Assembly: GCA_030141605.1 (NCBI GenBank)
Contig: JAQGDQ010000359.1
Coordinates: 175,242 to 239,241, forward strand
Direction: 5' to 3'
Length of the DNA stretch: 64,000 nucleotides
From: Tubiluchus corallicola
Lineage: Eukaryota; Animalia; Priapulida
This document shows positions 12,801-27,200 of this stretch, one piece after another. A program made the translations under genes and the position numbers. Each line of letters begins with the position of its first letter. Position 1 is the first letter of the stretch. The notes beneath the pieces are model-generated. The model searched no databases and was not told the origin of the DNA. It saw nothing but the letters and a program-made list of their open reading frames with translations.

Positions 12801-15292
12801 GCAAAACAAATCTATCGTTATTTTGACATCAGAATAATAAATGCATATAAAGTGTAAACTATATACAGTTGGGTCTAGGGAACGGGTAAATGTCTGGGTG
12901 CATGCTTGGTCACTATGGTTACACTGTGTTTAGCCTGGATACTAGTAAACAGATGGTTCTAGGTGATTAAATTTGACCTATACACGGCATACAGCCTCTG
13001 GTCATTTCTCTCATTAAGAAAAAAGACGCATGTACATTCAAACTGCACTATTTGACATTTGGATTCTTCATAATGACCTACGTTCAGGACCTACCACAAC
13101 CCATCTACATTAGGTCCAGTTAATAAGTACGGGATTTCAGCTCAGGGTGAGTTGAACATTAAACAAAAATAATTACTAATACATTCTGATTACCATCAGC
13201 ATGTTGAGGGACAGAAATCCTGTCAACAGTGGCACCACCTATTTTTGTTGCCATGACAGCATCAACCACTGCTTGTTCAACTTCTTTATTGGCGTTTATG
13301 AAGCCTTCGTCCACGATTCCAATCTTTACGCCTTTTAATAATTTCCCTATACCACCTGTAAGCTAAAATTGTTAAGGAAACTATTCAAATAAATAATTTT
13401 ACAGCATTTTAAAATTGCATATATTTATTATGAAGTTTTGCATTACTCTACAGCTAAGTTTAGTGTGCACATACTTCTTTCATTTGTTATTGCCACTAAT
13501 TTTCTATTTGAAATGAAGAGCCTGTATACATAGTAGTGAAACAAAAGAAAAAAGAAAAGCCTTGATCTTTTTCAATGTTAAATGTAACTACGAAAAATTA
13601 TCATTCAAAGCAGCTGCCCTGCAGCCCATGAATAGGCCATTTCAATTATCATATTATGGTATTATTTGTGCAAACTTCTAAATTTCCAAACCAATGAATA
13701 TTTACCAGAAAAATGTATTTACAACTTACTTGCTCAGTATAGCTTGGGACTTTCACACCTTTGCGCATTCTACCATCAAGTGGATCATACCCCGCTATCA
13801 CTTCCAACAACAACACAGTCCTGGACACTCTGTGCCATTGGTCCAACATAGTCCAAGTCATATAATATACTAGCTGCACCAGTATATGGCACAAGTCCAA
13901 ATGTAGGCTTCAGTCCTATACAGCCACTACAGCATGCTGGACACCAAATTGAACCTCCCTGGTCAGTGCCAATGGCTAAGTCTACCTCACCTCCATAAAG
14001 CTGCAAACAAAGCAACCAATTAACAGTTCAAAAAAAACAATTGTGAACAAGCATATGACACTGCTGTAAGGTTTCAATTAATAATAAAAAATGGAAAAAA
14101 AGAATTGTAACATGAATAAGAAAACATTTGATATCTTTGATATCTAAGAGTCAAAGATACAAAACCGGATAATTACCAGATTAGATTAGATTAAACAGTT
14201 TAATTTTCACAACACATCACTTATTTTCAAAATATAAAAAATCTTAATCCACAATATTCAAAAGTAATGAATGTTGTGGGAAGAAGAGAGGAGCCTAGCT
14301 TTTGAGGTCTTCACCCATATTCACAGAACAAACATGTACTACAACACACACACGCTAGCTTGATTAGAAATGAACAGCACGTATGCTGTTATTCTGTAAA
14401 TTTGCTTTACTAAAACGCCATTCTGTGAAATCAGTGAAGCAGCAATTTATTAATTAACATACATACGAGCACAGCAGATCCAGAGCTTGATGCTCCTGCT
14501 ATATGTTTCTCATTGTAAGGATTCCTCACAGGTCCTGTACAAGAGGTAACGCTGCTTCCACTGAGGCATAGATTCTCACATGATGACTTCCCTACAATTC
14601 GTCCTCCTGAAGCAAAAAAATAGCGAAAAAGCTAGATTTTATTACATAATTCAGCCATTGTCATGGGCTATTTAATATGGATGGTTGTGGCAGGACTGGT
14701 ATCAAGTTTATCATTAAGGAAAACAATTCAAGATTAGCCACTGAACCGCCAGAGGTCTCACCAATGTTTGGATGTGAACATATTTTTTCAGTAAGGTAGA
14801 GAGCCAGAATCGGTATGGTAAGTGACACCCTCAAAACAAGTATTAAGCCAAGGGGTCATCCATCTGTTCAATCACTAGCCTCGATGTTGATTAAATTTGG
14901 TCATTCAGCATGCACCAAAGGTGACTGCTTCACTGTATCCTTCACTTGTAAAAACATCTACAAAAACTATAAAATTATTTTGAGCAATAAGATGCTACGT
15001 GAGCAAAAAGTGAATTGGCTGTGACATACCATAAGGAATTTTTTATTCGCTAATGTTTGTAGCAAAGAAAAGACAATGAAACTAAAAATATTTCTAGAAT
15101 AAATACATTTTTTAAAATGCCATAGAATCACAGAAATCATGGTACACACTATAAAGATAGTTCAGTCAGTTATTGATCTATAAAGATAGTTCAGTCAGTT
15201 ATTGATCTAGCACACTGAAGCTTTAAGATGCGAGTTCATTGTAGCCAATAAATTTTCAAATTTAAGTGTATACATGAATATATTGATCAGTA

Positions 15293-16653
15293 CAGTCAAA
15301 AACCTCATTATAACACCCCCTTGATTATAATGCCAACCTTGCTTAATGCCCACATTTTTGGCAAAACAAAATGCTTATATTGACATAGACAAGTATGTAT
15401 TAATGCACCTCATTATAATGCCCCCTTTATTATATTGCCAACCTCGCTTAATGCCCACATTTTTGGCAAAACAAAATGCTTATATTGACATAGACAAGTA
15501 TGTATTAATGCACCTCATTATAATGCCCCCTTTATTATAATGCCAACCTCGCTTAATGCCCACATTTTTGGCAAAACAAAACGCTTATATTGACATAGAC
15601 AAGTATGTATTAATGCACCTCATTATAATGCCCCCTTTATTATATTGCCAACCTTGCTTAATTCCCACATTTTTGGCAAAACAAAACGCTTATATTGACA
15701 TAGACAAGTATGTATTAATGCACCTCATTATAATGCCCCTTTTATTATATTGCCAACCTTGCTTAATGCCCACATTTTTGGCAAAACAAAATGTCTATGT
15801 TGACATAGACAAGTATGTATTACTGCACCTCATTATAATGCCCCCTTTATTATATTGCCAACCTTGCTTAATGCCCACATTTTTGGCAAAACAAAATGTC
15901 TATATTGACATAGACAAGTAGAAAGTATGTATTAATGCACCTCATTATAATGCCCCCTTTATTATATTGCCAACCTCGCTTAATGCCCACATTTTTGGCA
16001 AAACAAAATGTCTATGTTGACATAGACAAGTATGTATTAATGCACCTCATTATAATGCCCCCTTTATTATATTGCCAACCTCGCTTAATGCCCACATTTT
16101 TGGCAAAACAAAATGTCTATATTGACATAGACAAGTAGAAAGTATGTATTAATGCACCTCATTATAATGCCCCCTTTATTATATTGCCAACCTCGCTTAA
16201 TGCCCACATTTTTGGCAAAACAAAATGTCTATATTGACATAGACAAGTATGTATTAATGCACCTCATTATAATGCCCCCTTTATTATATTGCCAACCTCG
16301 CTTAATGCCCACATTTTTGGCAAAACAAAATGTCTATATTGACATAGACAAGTATGTATTAATGCACCTCATTATAATGCCCCCTTTATTATATTGCCAA
16401 CCTTGCTTAATTCCCACATTTTTGGCAAAACAAAATGTCTATATTGACATAGACAAGTATGTATTAATGCACCTCATTATAATGCCCCCTTTATTATATT
16501 GCCAACCTTGCTTAATGCCCACATTTTTGGCAAAACAAAATGCCTATGTTGACATAGACAAGTATATATTAATGCACCTAGTTATAATGCCAAACTCACT
16601 TAATGCCAACTTTTTTCTGGAATCTCAAAGTAGGCAGTATAAAGGTTTGACTG
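15293..16653. mobile_element. Tc1/mariner (pogo/Tigger-type) MITE expanded by an internal 105-bp minisatellite (about 12 copies)
   Basis: TA|CAGTCAAA(AA)CCT ... AGGTTTGACTG|TA termini. Unit aatgcccacatttttggcaaaac... recurs every 105 bp; two units are 112 bp. Confidence 0.85.
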
Positions 16654-18110
16654 TATAATTAACTTGAAAAAATTACTTACATCAACACTAAAATTTGTTC
16701 TATGAATTCCTATCATGCAATACATACAATTGTCAACAATTATAAAATTAACAACAAGCTCACAAAATCAAGGCAACACAAAACAAGTGAGATACGAAAG
16801 AGACTTTCTAAATATTAGAGTTCAGATACCAGCATCTAAAATCCTTGTCACAACTGTAGCATCAAGATCAGGAACATAGCCTTCTAACAGTTGAGAACCA
16901 TTCCTCATTGGAACTCCAGCTACCATAACGCTGTCTTTGATCACTACTGTCTTTCCTAAAAGTTTCCCAGTTGATGCTCCCGCAATATCACACTTCCATG
17001 CCCTGAAAGTAAGTGAATTGAAACGCAGAACGTATTGTAGCAGAAAATAAATTTCTCATGCCTGGGTTAAAAGGGTGCAGAATAAAAAAACATCTCCAAA
17101 TTCAAGCTGATTTTATTTATAACTGTATTTCAGAAAGAATACAAACAATGAGGCGATACTGACTGATATGAAATTATATTTATTAAGTTCACAAGTTACA
17201 ATTGTCTAGTTTCATAGATAATAAAACCTCAATTATTCTAAAATTATCCAAATCAATTATTTGAAGCGTAATATGAAATATAATCTAACAGGTATATAGG
17301 TTACGAAAAATTATATGTTAAGTTCAGCACTACACTACGTCTTGAAGCCATAATTATCATTTAATTTGGCACTCGACATGCTGAGATCCAGCACTTGGCA
17401 AAGTTTCTGCTCCGTACAGACGTGTGTGGCTGGACTGAAACCTATCTCAGAATCAAAGTAATCCTTTAAGACACTAGACTAGCCATATGTGTCACACTTA
17501 ACCTAGTATCCAAATATCAGCAGTGATTTATATTAGCTTTACTTCTTCTAGCCAGGGAGGCAATTTACCGATAAAAGAGTTATTGAAACCCAAGTAAGCG
17601 TTTGAAATACTCTTACCAAGCATTGTACGGGTTATCTTCTGGCTTAGGCCTATAGCCAGGTGTCCGTGGATACTTCACTCGAGGTATGGGCTCTGTCAGA
17701 TTAGCTATGGTTTGAAAACAGTCAAGCAATCCATCAGCACACTCTACAAAATGAAAAAAATAATTAAAATCTGCTATCAGAAGCTTTCAAATAATTCTAC
17801 TGTGACTGCAACCAGCACACAAGGTACGGGGTAAGATAATATTAAAAACTCAAGTAAACAAAAAATTACAGAATGTGGTTTTCAAACAACGATGCAACAA
17901 TACGTACCCGACCCGTGACACAATACACTTCGAATGTTTCGTTTCCTAAAAATAGCAGTCTTGAAGGGCTATGGTATTAAATTATCGTGCTACATTTGCA
18001 TAATACATTCCTTCTTCGTTCAATTCGAGAAGTGTGGCATAGAGCATGCAATAATGCACATGGTGCCTGGCCTTACAGCAATTAAAATTTAAGTTATAGT
18101 ACCATATGTT

Positions 18111-18320
18111 GGTCGTCCTCTCCTTCGCTTCAAGGACAAGGTGAAGTTCTCTCTGAGGAAAGGTGGAATGTTGGACAAGCTGCCTTTCGCAGCTCACGAC
18201 CGTCCTGCATGGAGATCCCTAGTCAACAACTGTGCCGAAAAACTCGATGAAGAAAGACGGATGCTTGGATACGCAAGAAGGTTCAAGTCGTGGATAAGAG
18301 ATGGTTTCATGAACATCTGA
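18111..18320 (+). mobile_element. 3' fragment of an RTE-clade non-LTR retrotransposon
   Basis: Translates GRPLLRFKDKVKFSLRKGG...AHDRPAWRSLV...*, the GRP..R.KD / DR..WR pattern of RTE ORF C-termini. Confidence 0.7.
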
Positions 18321-18600
18321 CTCGCACTGATTTAGCCGTATCGGCTTCGACGTTGTACTTATAGTACCATAGAGCATGCGTGAACGCATATTCCTACGCA
18401 GAAATCTTTCAAGATATGCAATGCCAAAATTTAATGTTCTGTACCTTTGTAACCCTTCAACTCTTCTTCACTGCAGTTTAATCCATATTTCTCCGATATA
18501 GTAGCTATACGATCAAAACGTGGAGCATTGATTCCTCGCGCTTTCAACAATCCTATAACAATAAAAAACTTGGTCTTTATTATTATTATTATTATTATTA

Positions 18601-18986
18601 CAGTGTTCCCTTGCTACTTCGCGGTTCGTTTATCGCAGACTCGCTGTTTCGCGGGTTTTCAAAAATATTAATGTAAAATATTTATCGCGGTATTTTTGCT
18701 GTTTCGCAGGTTTTTGTGGCACTCCGTCAAAATTACGTATCTAGGTTTAAGAGTTTAAGACATTCTTATGACCATTTAAGTAAAGTTTTTTAAAAGGTCC
18801 ATGTGCAGTATGAGAAAAGTTATTAAGGGAATAGGAAAGGGTTATGTATAAGAGTGTGGGGAGGGTTTATAAAAACTTAAAATAATGTATAACTACTAAA
18901 ATAAGTATAACGTTCCTACTTCGCGGAAATTTACTTATCGCGGGTGGGCCTAGAACGGACCACCCGCGATAAGTGAGGGAACACTG
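18601..18986. mobile_element. Tc1/mariner-type MITE in a (TAT)n tract
   Basis: TA|CAGTGTTCCCT ... AGGGAACACTG|TA; subterminal tcgcgg repeats. Confidence 0.88.
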
Positions 18987-19540
18987 TATTATTATTATTA
19001 TTATAATTATTTACTTAATTTACTTAAAAATATTATTCTTTTTCTTGCGAGAAAAAACTAAAGAGGAAAGAAATCAAGTGGACTGAGTAGGAATCAGATA
19101 GCCACCAATGATGACTGCCTATAGAAATTAGCATTTCAGCAGTTTGTCTTTGCTTAGTTATAACGAAATTGTGACACACACTTGCGTTTTGCAAAATTTT
19201 TCTATCAAGGCCAAAATCTGATCAAACAAAGAGAAGGTGACAACTTTTTCTACATACAATATTATAAGAAAAAATTTTAAAACATTTTATAACATTTACT
19301 CACTACTGCTTTGAGCACAGGGGTCTTCTGAATAAAACATGTCTTCACAGACACAGTTTAGCAAAACTCCATTACTTCAAACACAGGCCTCAAAGACTAG
19401 TATCAAGTCTCTGCATATGCTCATATGGCTTTGGTACAATCTTTGTACTGTCAACAAGATTGTTATTGATTTGTACACAAATTCCATGATGACCAGTAAA
19501 ACGTACAGTCTCTGAATAAGATGCACAGTAATCTCAAAAG

Positions 19541-20435
19541 GTCTAGCATGGTTCAGATTAAAATGCATGTCAAAAGATTTAGCATGGTTCAGATTGAAAT
19601 GCATGTCAAAAGATTTATCATGGTTCAGATTGAAATACATGTCAAAAGATTTGGCATGGTTCAGATTGAAATGCATGTCAAAAGATTTAGCATGGTTTAG
19701 AATTGAAATGCATGTCAAAAGATTTAGCATGGTTTAGAATTGAAATGCATGTCAAAAGATTTAGCATGGTTTAGATGGAAATGCATGTCAAAAGATTTAG
19801 CATGGTTTAGATGGAAACGCATGTCAAAAGATTTAGCATGGTTTAGAATTGAAATACGTGTCAGCAGATTTTGCATGGTTTAGCTTGAAATGCATGTCAA
19901 AAGATTTAGCATGGTTCAGATTAAAATGCATGTCAAAGGATTTAGCATGGTTCAGATTGAAATGCATGTCAAAAGATTTAGCATGGTTCAGATTGAAATG
20001 CATGTCAAAACATTTACCATGGCTTAGATTGAAATGCATGTCAAAAGATTTAGCATGGCTTAGATTGAAATGCATGTCAAAAGATTTAGCATGGTTCAGA
20101 TTAAAATGCATGTCAAAAGATTTAGCATGGTTCAGATTGAAATGCATGTCAAAAGATTTATCATGGTTCAGATTGAAATGCATGTCAAAAGATTTATCAT
20201 GGTTCAGATTAAAATGCATGTCAAAAGATTTATCATGGTTCAGATTGAAATACATGTCAAAAGATTTGGCATGGTTCAGATTGAAATGCATGTCAAAAGA
20301 TTTAGCATGGTTCCGATTGGAATGCATGTCAAAAGATTTAGCATAGTTCAGATTGAAATGCATGTCAAAAGATTTAGCATGGTTCAGATTGAAATGCATG
20401 TCAAAAGATTTGGCATGGTTCAGATTGAAATGCAT
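19541..20435. repeat. 36-bp minisatellite (about 25 copies) just upstream of the amidase-1 start codon
   Basis: Unit agatttagcatggttcagattgaaatgcatgtcaaa. It explains the MHFNLNHAKSFD-repeat ORFs. Confidence 0.95.
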
Positions 20436-21237
20436 AACAATGCATTATGACACATACTAAGTAAATATTGCAATATTTAGGTAAATAAGAACACTACTAT
20501 AAATAAGGAGTGTTTATCCCTAAATTTACAAAACAATTTGATATAGAACAGTAGTTTGTAAACTTCTAGACTAAACATGATCCTCCTAGTAAGAATTATC
20601 AGAGCCAGAAAAAATACATACTTCTCAGAATATTGTACAAAAGAATAAATGCAACTTTCACACATTGGATCGCTAAGTAATTTCGGATCAACGAAAAACG
20701 GAAACAGAGACAGACAGTCAAACTAAGAAGAAAAGCATTCCCTCGCACAACCACTTCCTGATGTGGAAGACAGCACCAACGTCACCGACAACAGTGCAGG
20801 CAGCCCACATAATTTTTGTACATAATGTACCAGCCCATAATTTAAAAGACACCAAACAAGTTAATATGCCGCCTGTCGTGAAGTTTGGGCGTCACGATTC
20901 ACCCGCCGTAAAGAAGCCAATGTGAATTAATTTACGTATAGCTGTAGGAACTGGTTCGAGGAGTTAACCTAGTTAAAATAGGAAGTTACTTGATGAGTTG
21001 ATATGGAACAGAAAAATGTATATTGCGCTTTCGAAAAAAGAATAAATCTAGCGTTATGACAGAAGGAAAAGTTCTCGTTTTTGTTTTACTGTCGCTAAGA
21101 CACCGCCTCATTAAGAAAAAAATCAGTGCATTTCAACAGTTGAGTAGTTACCCTTATCTCAATAAAAATTATAACAAGCAAAATAATTTAATAATATAAC
21201 TAATAATGTTACGAACTAGTGCACACTGATTAAAAAA

Positions 21238-24200
21238 CTATTTTTTATCTCCCAGTTGCTCCACGGCATAGGCATAATTTAACACAGTGACTTCATCAAA
21301 ATGTCTGCCGACTATCATGAGTCCAAAAGGAAGTTTGTCTGGTTCTGATAATCCTGCTGGAACCGATAGAGCTGGATGCCCGGTGGAGTTAAAGATGGCG
21401 GTGTTGATCCTCACATCAAAGGCATTGCGTATGTGTTCTGCAAAGATATTACTCAATTTTTAATCTTCTTTTCGAAGTCTATAACTGTTGTGGAGATCGC
21501 TGGCAACTATTAGAATAAAATAGAACATTGTAGAATGTTCCATTAGAATAATCGTCTTACCTTGTAGAATGTTCTAGAAAGAAACTTCTAGAATATTCCC
21601 TGACACGTTATATAAGGGGAAGCTGGCCGCTGAAGAACACACATGGATTTGCACGGACTCACACTTACACGTTCTCTTGTACACTATATTTTCAGATACA
21701 CTCAAACGTTTTCCAGATTTTCACGTTTACCGTAAACATATCGCGTTCCTTCATACTTTTGTCTTGTAGAATTCTCGCTTAATAAACTAGTTTAATTTGA
21801 CGAAGTGCTTTCTGGTTTTCTCTATGAGCCTTCCGAGAGAAACGAAACACAACAATATCGGCGCATTCAAACTAGCAAGTTTTCTAGTGAGAGTTTCCTT
21901 TCTGGCAGCAGACGCGCGAGTGTGAACGAGTTACTACCACAAGTTATTTCAAACTCTCTGACAGTTGGTGCGAGTTGATTTCTTACGAGCCTAACGCCAA
22001 GGCGAGCTACTCTTGACACTTCTCGCAGCGAATAAAGACGTGAGTGTCAGCTAGCGCTTACTGTCAGAGAGTAACTCGCAGCAAGTTTTGCTCTCTAATT
22101 TGAACATGCTTGCAAGTTATTTGGCGACAAAATTTGCTAGTCCGAACATGCAGTTAGCAAGTGATGTAAAAACATGACTTTATACTAACAATTTGCATAA
22201 ATGTTTGATAGTTGTAATTATTGATCCATAGTAAGTTAGTAACCAACAACCTGATTACGGTTTACATACCAGAAATAGATGCATCTTCTTTTGGTATTTT
22301 TGGTGGTAAGTATGTTGTGGTAGGCATCACAAGGACATTGTATTTCTCAAGAGCCTTGTTGTACTGCTCAGTGATTTCACGCAAAATGTTTTGTCCTTTA
22401 CAGTAAAGCTGAAAACCCAATTCCTCTCGCACATGCTCCGCTGCCAAGATCATCAGCTTCATGGGGTGAGATAAATAGGGTGATAGGGTACTGTAGCTCT
22501 TCCGCATAACTGTCCCCAGAGAAGTTGGGTAATAGCCTCTGTGTCCAATGCCACCTCCTGGAACACAATGGATGATATTATGCCGGTAAATCATGTGGTA
22601 ATTATTTACATGCCGATCATTTACAGTTTAGGTACAAAAATGTGTAGTGTGTTGTCTTAGCAACCGAAATTGAGAATGGCACCCCGAGACTGGTCAGTAA
22701 GTACATGTGTGAACCACTTAGATGATTTGCCCTGGGTGGCTTCATTCGCAGTGCTAATTATGGGTGATTACCTCGTAGAGAAAAGATGTATACATATAGA
22801 GTAATAGTGATATACTACTGCTGGTTCAGTGGCTCAACCTAGATGCATAAGCCTTGATAATGAACAAGGTTGCAGTCTCCAATTTGAATGGCACACACTG
22901 CTGAATTCTGGATTCCGACTTAAAGGATTCCGAATTGTATAAAAATAGTTTTATACATTGACAATTTGGTAAAAAACTGCCCTCAAACAGTTTATTGTTG
23001 TTATGTAAGGGAACAATTGTAGATTGCTTTTGTACAAATGATATATTCTTGCTTCTAGTTTGCATTAGCATCTTAGTTTTAAATACTAGACTGTGAGCAA
23101 TGAGCCGAAATACAACCCACTGGTCTAAAGTTAATTAGTTCTACTACATTTTCATTGTTCTGTGAAATTAGTAATGTTTCTACTGAAGATGCAAAAGTTA
23201 TTACAACAAATTAGAACTGAGCAAACATTTTATTGCTACTTGGAACGAAAATGCAAAATTCCTTATACTTTTTAATTCTGCGCACACTTGTCGAAAAAAG
23301 AAAACTGAGTAGACAGGAGTCTGGCTTCTTCCATGATGAAAAAAACAGGGTTTGAAGCAATTGCACACAACATTTGTTTACAATTGCGTGGTGACCATCA
23401 GAGAACTGATTTTCAATAATCCAAACAGAAAATGTCCAACATTTGCATCATAATATATAAGCAAAATCTTAGAGCAATTGCACCATTTGTGAGAAAACTT
23501 CTTTTATGAAAATTGCATACAGGCAAAAAGTAACCTGGAATTACCTTGCATTTGAATCATCCATTCAGTAAGACCTTGTAAAGCCAGTGGCCCATGTACC
23601 TTTAAAGCTAAAAAATTAAAATTACTCCAATAACATGTACTGCTTACATAGCATCAGGCACGAAAACATAATCCTTCGCAAAATGGCACAATCGCTGAAA
23701 TTACAATAATGGTGCTGCTTTTGCTTCTACTATTCTCAAGATGCAATTCTAAATTCGTAATTTGAAACATCTATTTGACTAAAATATTGTTATTTATACA
23801 CAAAAATTCTCATAAATAATAAACATGAATTAAAAAAGTACCATAAGCATGCTCAGGTATAAAAACCTCTTCTACAACAGCTCCAAGCTCCTTTGTCGCA
23901 TAAACAACAGCATGAACCACCTGTTCTATTTGCTTGTCACAATTTAGGAATCCTTCCATCAAAACTCCCACTTTTATACCTTGTACATCACCTGTAAGCT
24001 AAATTTCTATTAATGAAAGATAATGCAATGTTTATTAATTAAGATCTAGAATTTCTGCATAACTACATGGAAATTCGTTTAACCAGAGGAAATTTTTAAA
24101 CTAAGCAAACTCTTGAATATCATCAGTAAACGAGATTCTAGAAATATTATGGAATGGGTAAAATTACTATGATGCACTACGGTGGCATAAAAGTTTTCAA

Positions 24201-27200
24201 GTCTCTGCAAACAGAAGCCGAGAGCCTATCATTCAAATGCAAAATTTTATAGTCTACAAACTAACAACACACAGCACTGCCATAGAACACACTTTCATTC
24301 CAAAAACCTTTGGTCAAATTTGTGTATTTGAACAAAGCTAGTCTTGCCATTTCGGTAATGCTTTCTTTTCTCCTATTAACTGTACAGAAAGTATGGAAAA
24401 CCATAAAGTGTCTATGTGCCGTCTCATACTATATAGACCCTACTAATCTACCCTAGCTTCTAAATGCAGACTCTTTTCATCATGACCAAAGGTCCGCTTA
24501 CCCACTCTTGCAACTGCGTTTTTCAAAAGTGGTACCTTTTCAACAACGTTTTACCTTTATGGTTCACTTGTTTTAATTTTAAATACAAAATAAAAATGCG
24601 AAATAAATTAAAATGGTTAGATGTGACGTTTACGTGCTTCCTCTGCATAACTTCAGAACTTTGCTGTATCCCCAATTAAGCATGAAACTTAATTTTGCCC
24701 AGAACAAAAAGGTCATATACAAAACTGCACAGTCCTGATAATTTTAAATAAACCTACCATTTCTGTATAATTTGGAATTTCCACGTGTTTGTGAGTTCTG
24801 TCATCCAGTGGATCATATCCAGCTATAACTTCTAACAACAATGCACAGTCGTAGACAGTACAAGCCATCGGACCTAGATGATCCAATCGATACTCCATAC
24901 TAGCTGTTCCTGTGTACGGCACCAAACCAAATGTAGGTTTGAGACCGACAATACCACCCCAACCAGCAGGATTACGAACCGAGCCTCCCTGATCGCCACC
25001 AATTGCCAAATCAACTTTTCCAGCAGTTAACTGCAATGTAGCAGTATGTTAAATGTAGTAGTCTGTTATCTATATATATATATATATATATAACCTACAA
25101 TGTTCAAACGTTAAACTGCTACCAACTCTGACACAGTTAGGTGCTTACAAAGTGTTTTCAAAATTTCAAATATTATTTAAAAATATTTGTAATCAACAAC
25201 ATTGAAAAAAAAGCATTCTGATAGCAAAATTCCAGAACGACAAAAAATTGATTTTTTTACTATGTAAACAATTTTTGAAGAAACCATGATAAGCTAACAC
25301 AAACAGTGTCCAGTACTGAAAACAACCTCAGCGTGCAAAGAAAGCAATAGAGAATTTATTCAAAAACCCATGTCATCAACAAATTGGATGAAACAAACAA
25401 ATCTGTTGTGGTTGATTCTCCTTACTATTAGGGGTGAGCATTCCCCTCCCTACCAGAAAACGAATTCTAATCTAACCGAATTTCAGTATTTGGAATCCGA
25501 ATCGAATTCGAATTGAGTTTGAAAGATTTTTGAAAAAGTTATTGAACCACTAGTAAACAGTCGTCTTAAAAACTCATGCATATTGTTTGATTTTGTTCTG
25601 CAGTAAAACCACTATTAATTTGTTAAAAATTTTGAACAGAAAATGCAGCTAAATAGGCTTTGTATGCTGTTTCAAAGATTTTAATGATAAAGAGCATACG
25701 TGGCTGAAATGCTGAATTATTTGAATCTATGACTTTAGGTTTGAATCGAATTCGAACTAAAAAAAACTCATTTGAATCGAATTTGAACATTCGAATGAAA
25801 AGGCAGATACTACTACAGAGCACATTACCAATGCTGCACAGCCTGTGCTTGAACCACCTATGCAATGCGCCTCATTATGCGGATTTCTCACTGGACCAGT
25901 AGCAGAGGTGTGACTGCATCCACTAAAACACAGGTCTTCACAAGTAGCTTTGCCAATGATGTGACCACCTAATAATCAAAATAAATACTTAAAATATGTA
26001 AACCTGTATCAAACAAAAGCCGTAGAAATTGTTGAAGTTTCAAATTTCTGGGAATAAAAATATTCTTAAATGGCAAGTAAACATGCTCTGTTGTGTAAAA
26101 AAGGCCTGCCAGCATCTGTACTTTTTAAGAAAACTTAAATCAATTAACACTCCTCCTGCTGTGCGAATTTTTCCCGGGCAGCAATTGAAAGTCTTCTTAA
26201 CAACAACCCTCAGTGTTTGATATGGCGCTACCATGCAGGAAGATCGCTATGCTCTTGATCGGATTGTTAAATCCACTTTAAAAATTGAACAGTGACCTAT
26301 GGCTTAATTGAACGAAACGAGGGTCGCAAGGACAACAAGTTATCAATAATGGCATCCCGGTAACAAAGTATTTGTAATGCTCCTCTCTGGCCATAGACAC
26401 TGTTTAATTAATGCTAAAACGACAAGGACTAAATTCTTTCTATCCTGTTGCAGTATTAACGGTAAATTTCCGTAAATTTGCATTATTCTCTCCATCACCG
26501 TATATAGTTTATTAGCAATGAGTAGACAACTGATTGAATTTATCTGTCTTAATTTTCTTTTGTTGTAGTACACAAAGCTACACAAATTTCATTATATGTA
26601 TTATAATATAATGACTGTAAATTGCTTGCTTACTTAAAATTAATTTATACACTCCAAAAATAAAAAAGGTGCCCGAGCAAACTGTCGATATTTAGTAAAC
26701 AAACAGGAAAACAGCATTAACAGAAAGGAAGCTACTAACGTCTAGAACTGTGTCTTGTCAATTCTAGTCTAGTTTTAACACTTGGAATTTGAAAATGTAA
26801 ATTTTATGCACATTTATAATGCAAGTAAGTAATTTTTTATTTTTCTCCATATATTTACATTAATTTAAAAATAAAACATACAAAAATACAAATGAACATG
26901 GGAGAAAGGGTGGCGAAAAACCAAAGGTTAGCGAGTCAACCACCTTTCTCAGAAAGACAAGTAAACAAAGAGACGCTAATGAAAGCAGAACACAACTATT
27001 AAAAAATACATAAACGTCCATAAATACAAAAAACAAAAATACAACAATAGCAAAAAAAGCAAAAAACCAAAAACCAGTTGTTCCTAAATATAGCCAAACA
27101 TTAAACATGATTATATATGATCCAAAACACAAAATCAGATCAAAGAGAATATTTTAATGTTCAGAAAAACAACATTTGCAAGAAAAAATTTAACTTTAAT

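Larger units (their letters stand above)
9824..19340 (-). pseudogene. Amidase-signature family paralog 1, frameshifted. Exons 19340-19304, 18552-18445, 17743-17617, 17002-16830, 14606-14467, 14000-13730, 13362-13194, 12478-12416, 12303-12023, 10047-9824
   Basis: Same 10-exon structure and phases as paralog 2. Motifs [50 protein letters not shown]. Exon 6 is 271 nt versus 273 nt (2-nt deletion near 13813) and exon 9 is 281 nt versus 288 nt (7-nt deletion near 12114); both shift the frame. Confidence 0.88.

Noticed and set aside
15346-16658. Repeated MPTFLAKQN... ORFs
   Set aside because: By-products of a 105-bp unit inside an intronic MITE.
19541-20435. 36-bp repeats as a CRISPR array or repeat protein
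   Set aside because: Units abut with no unique spacers, there are no cas genes, and the context is eukaryotic.
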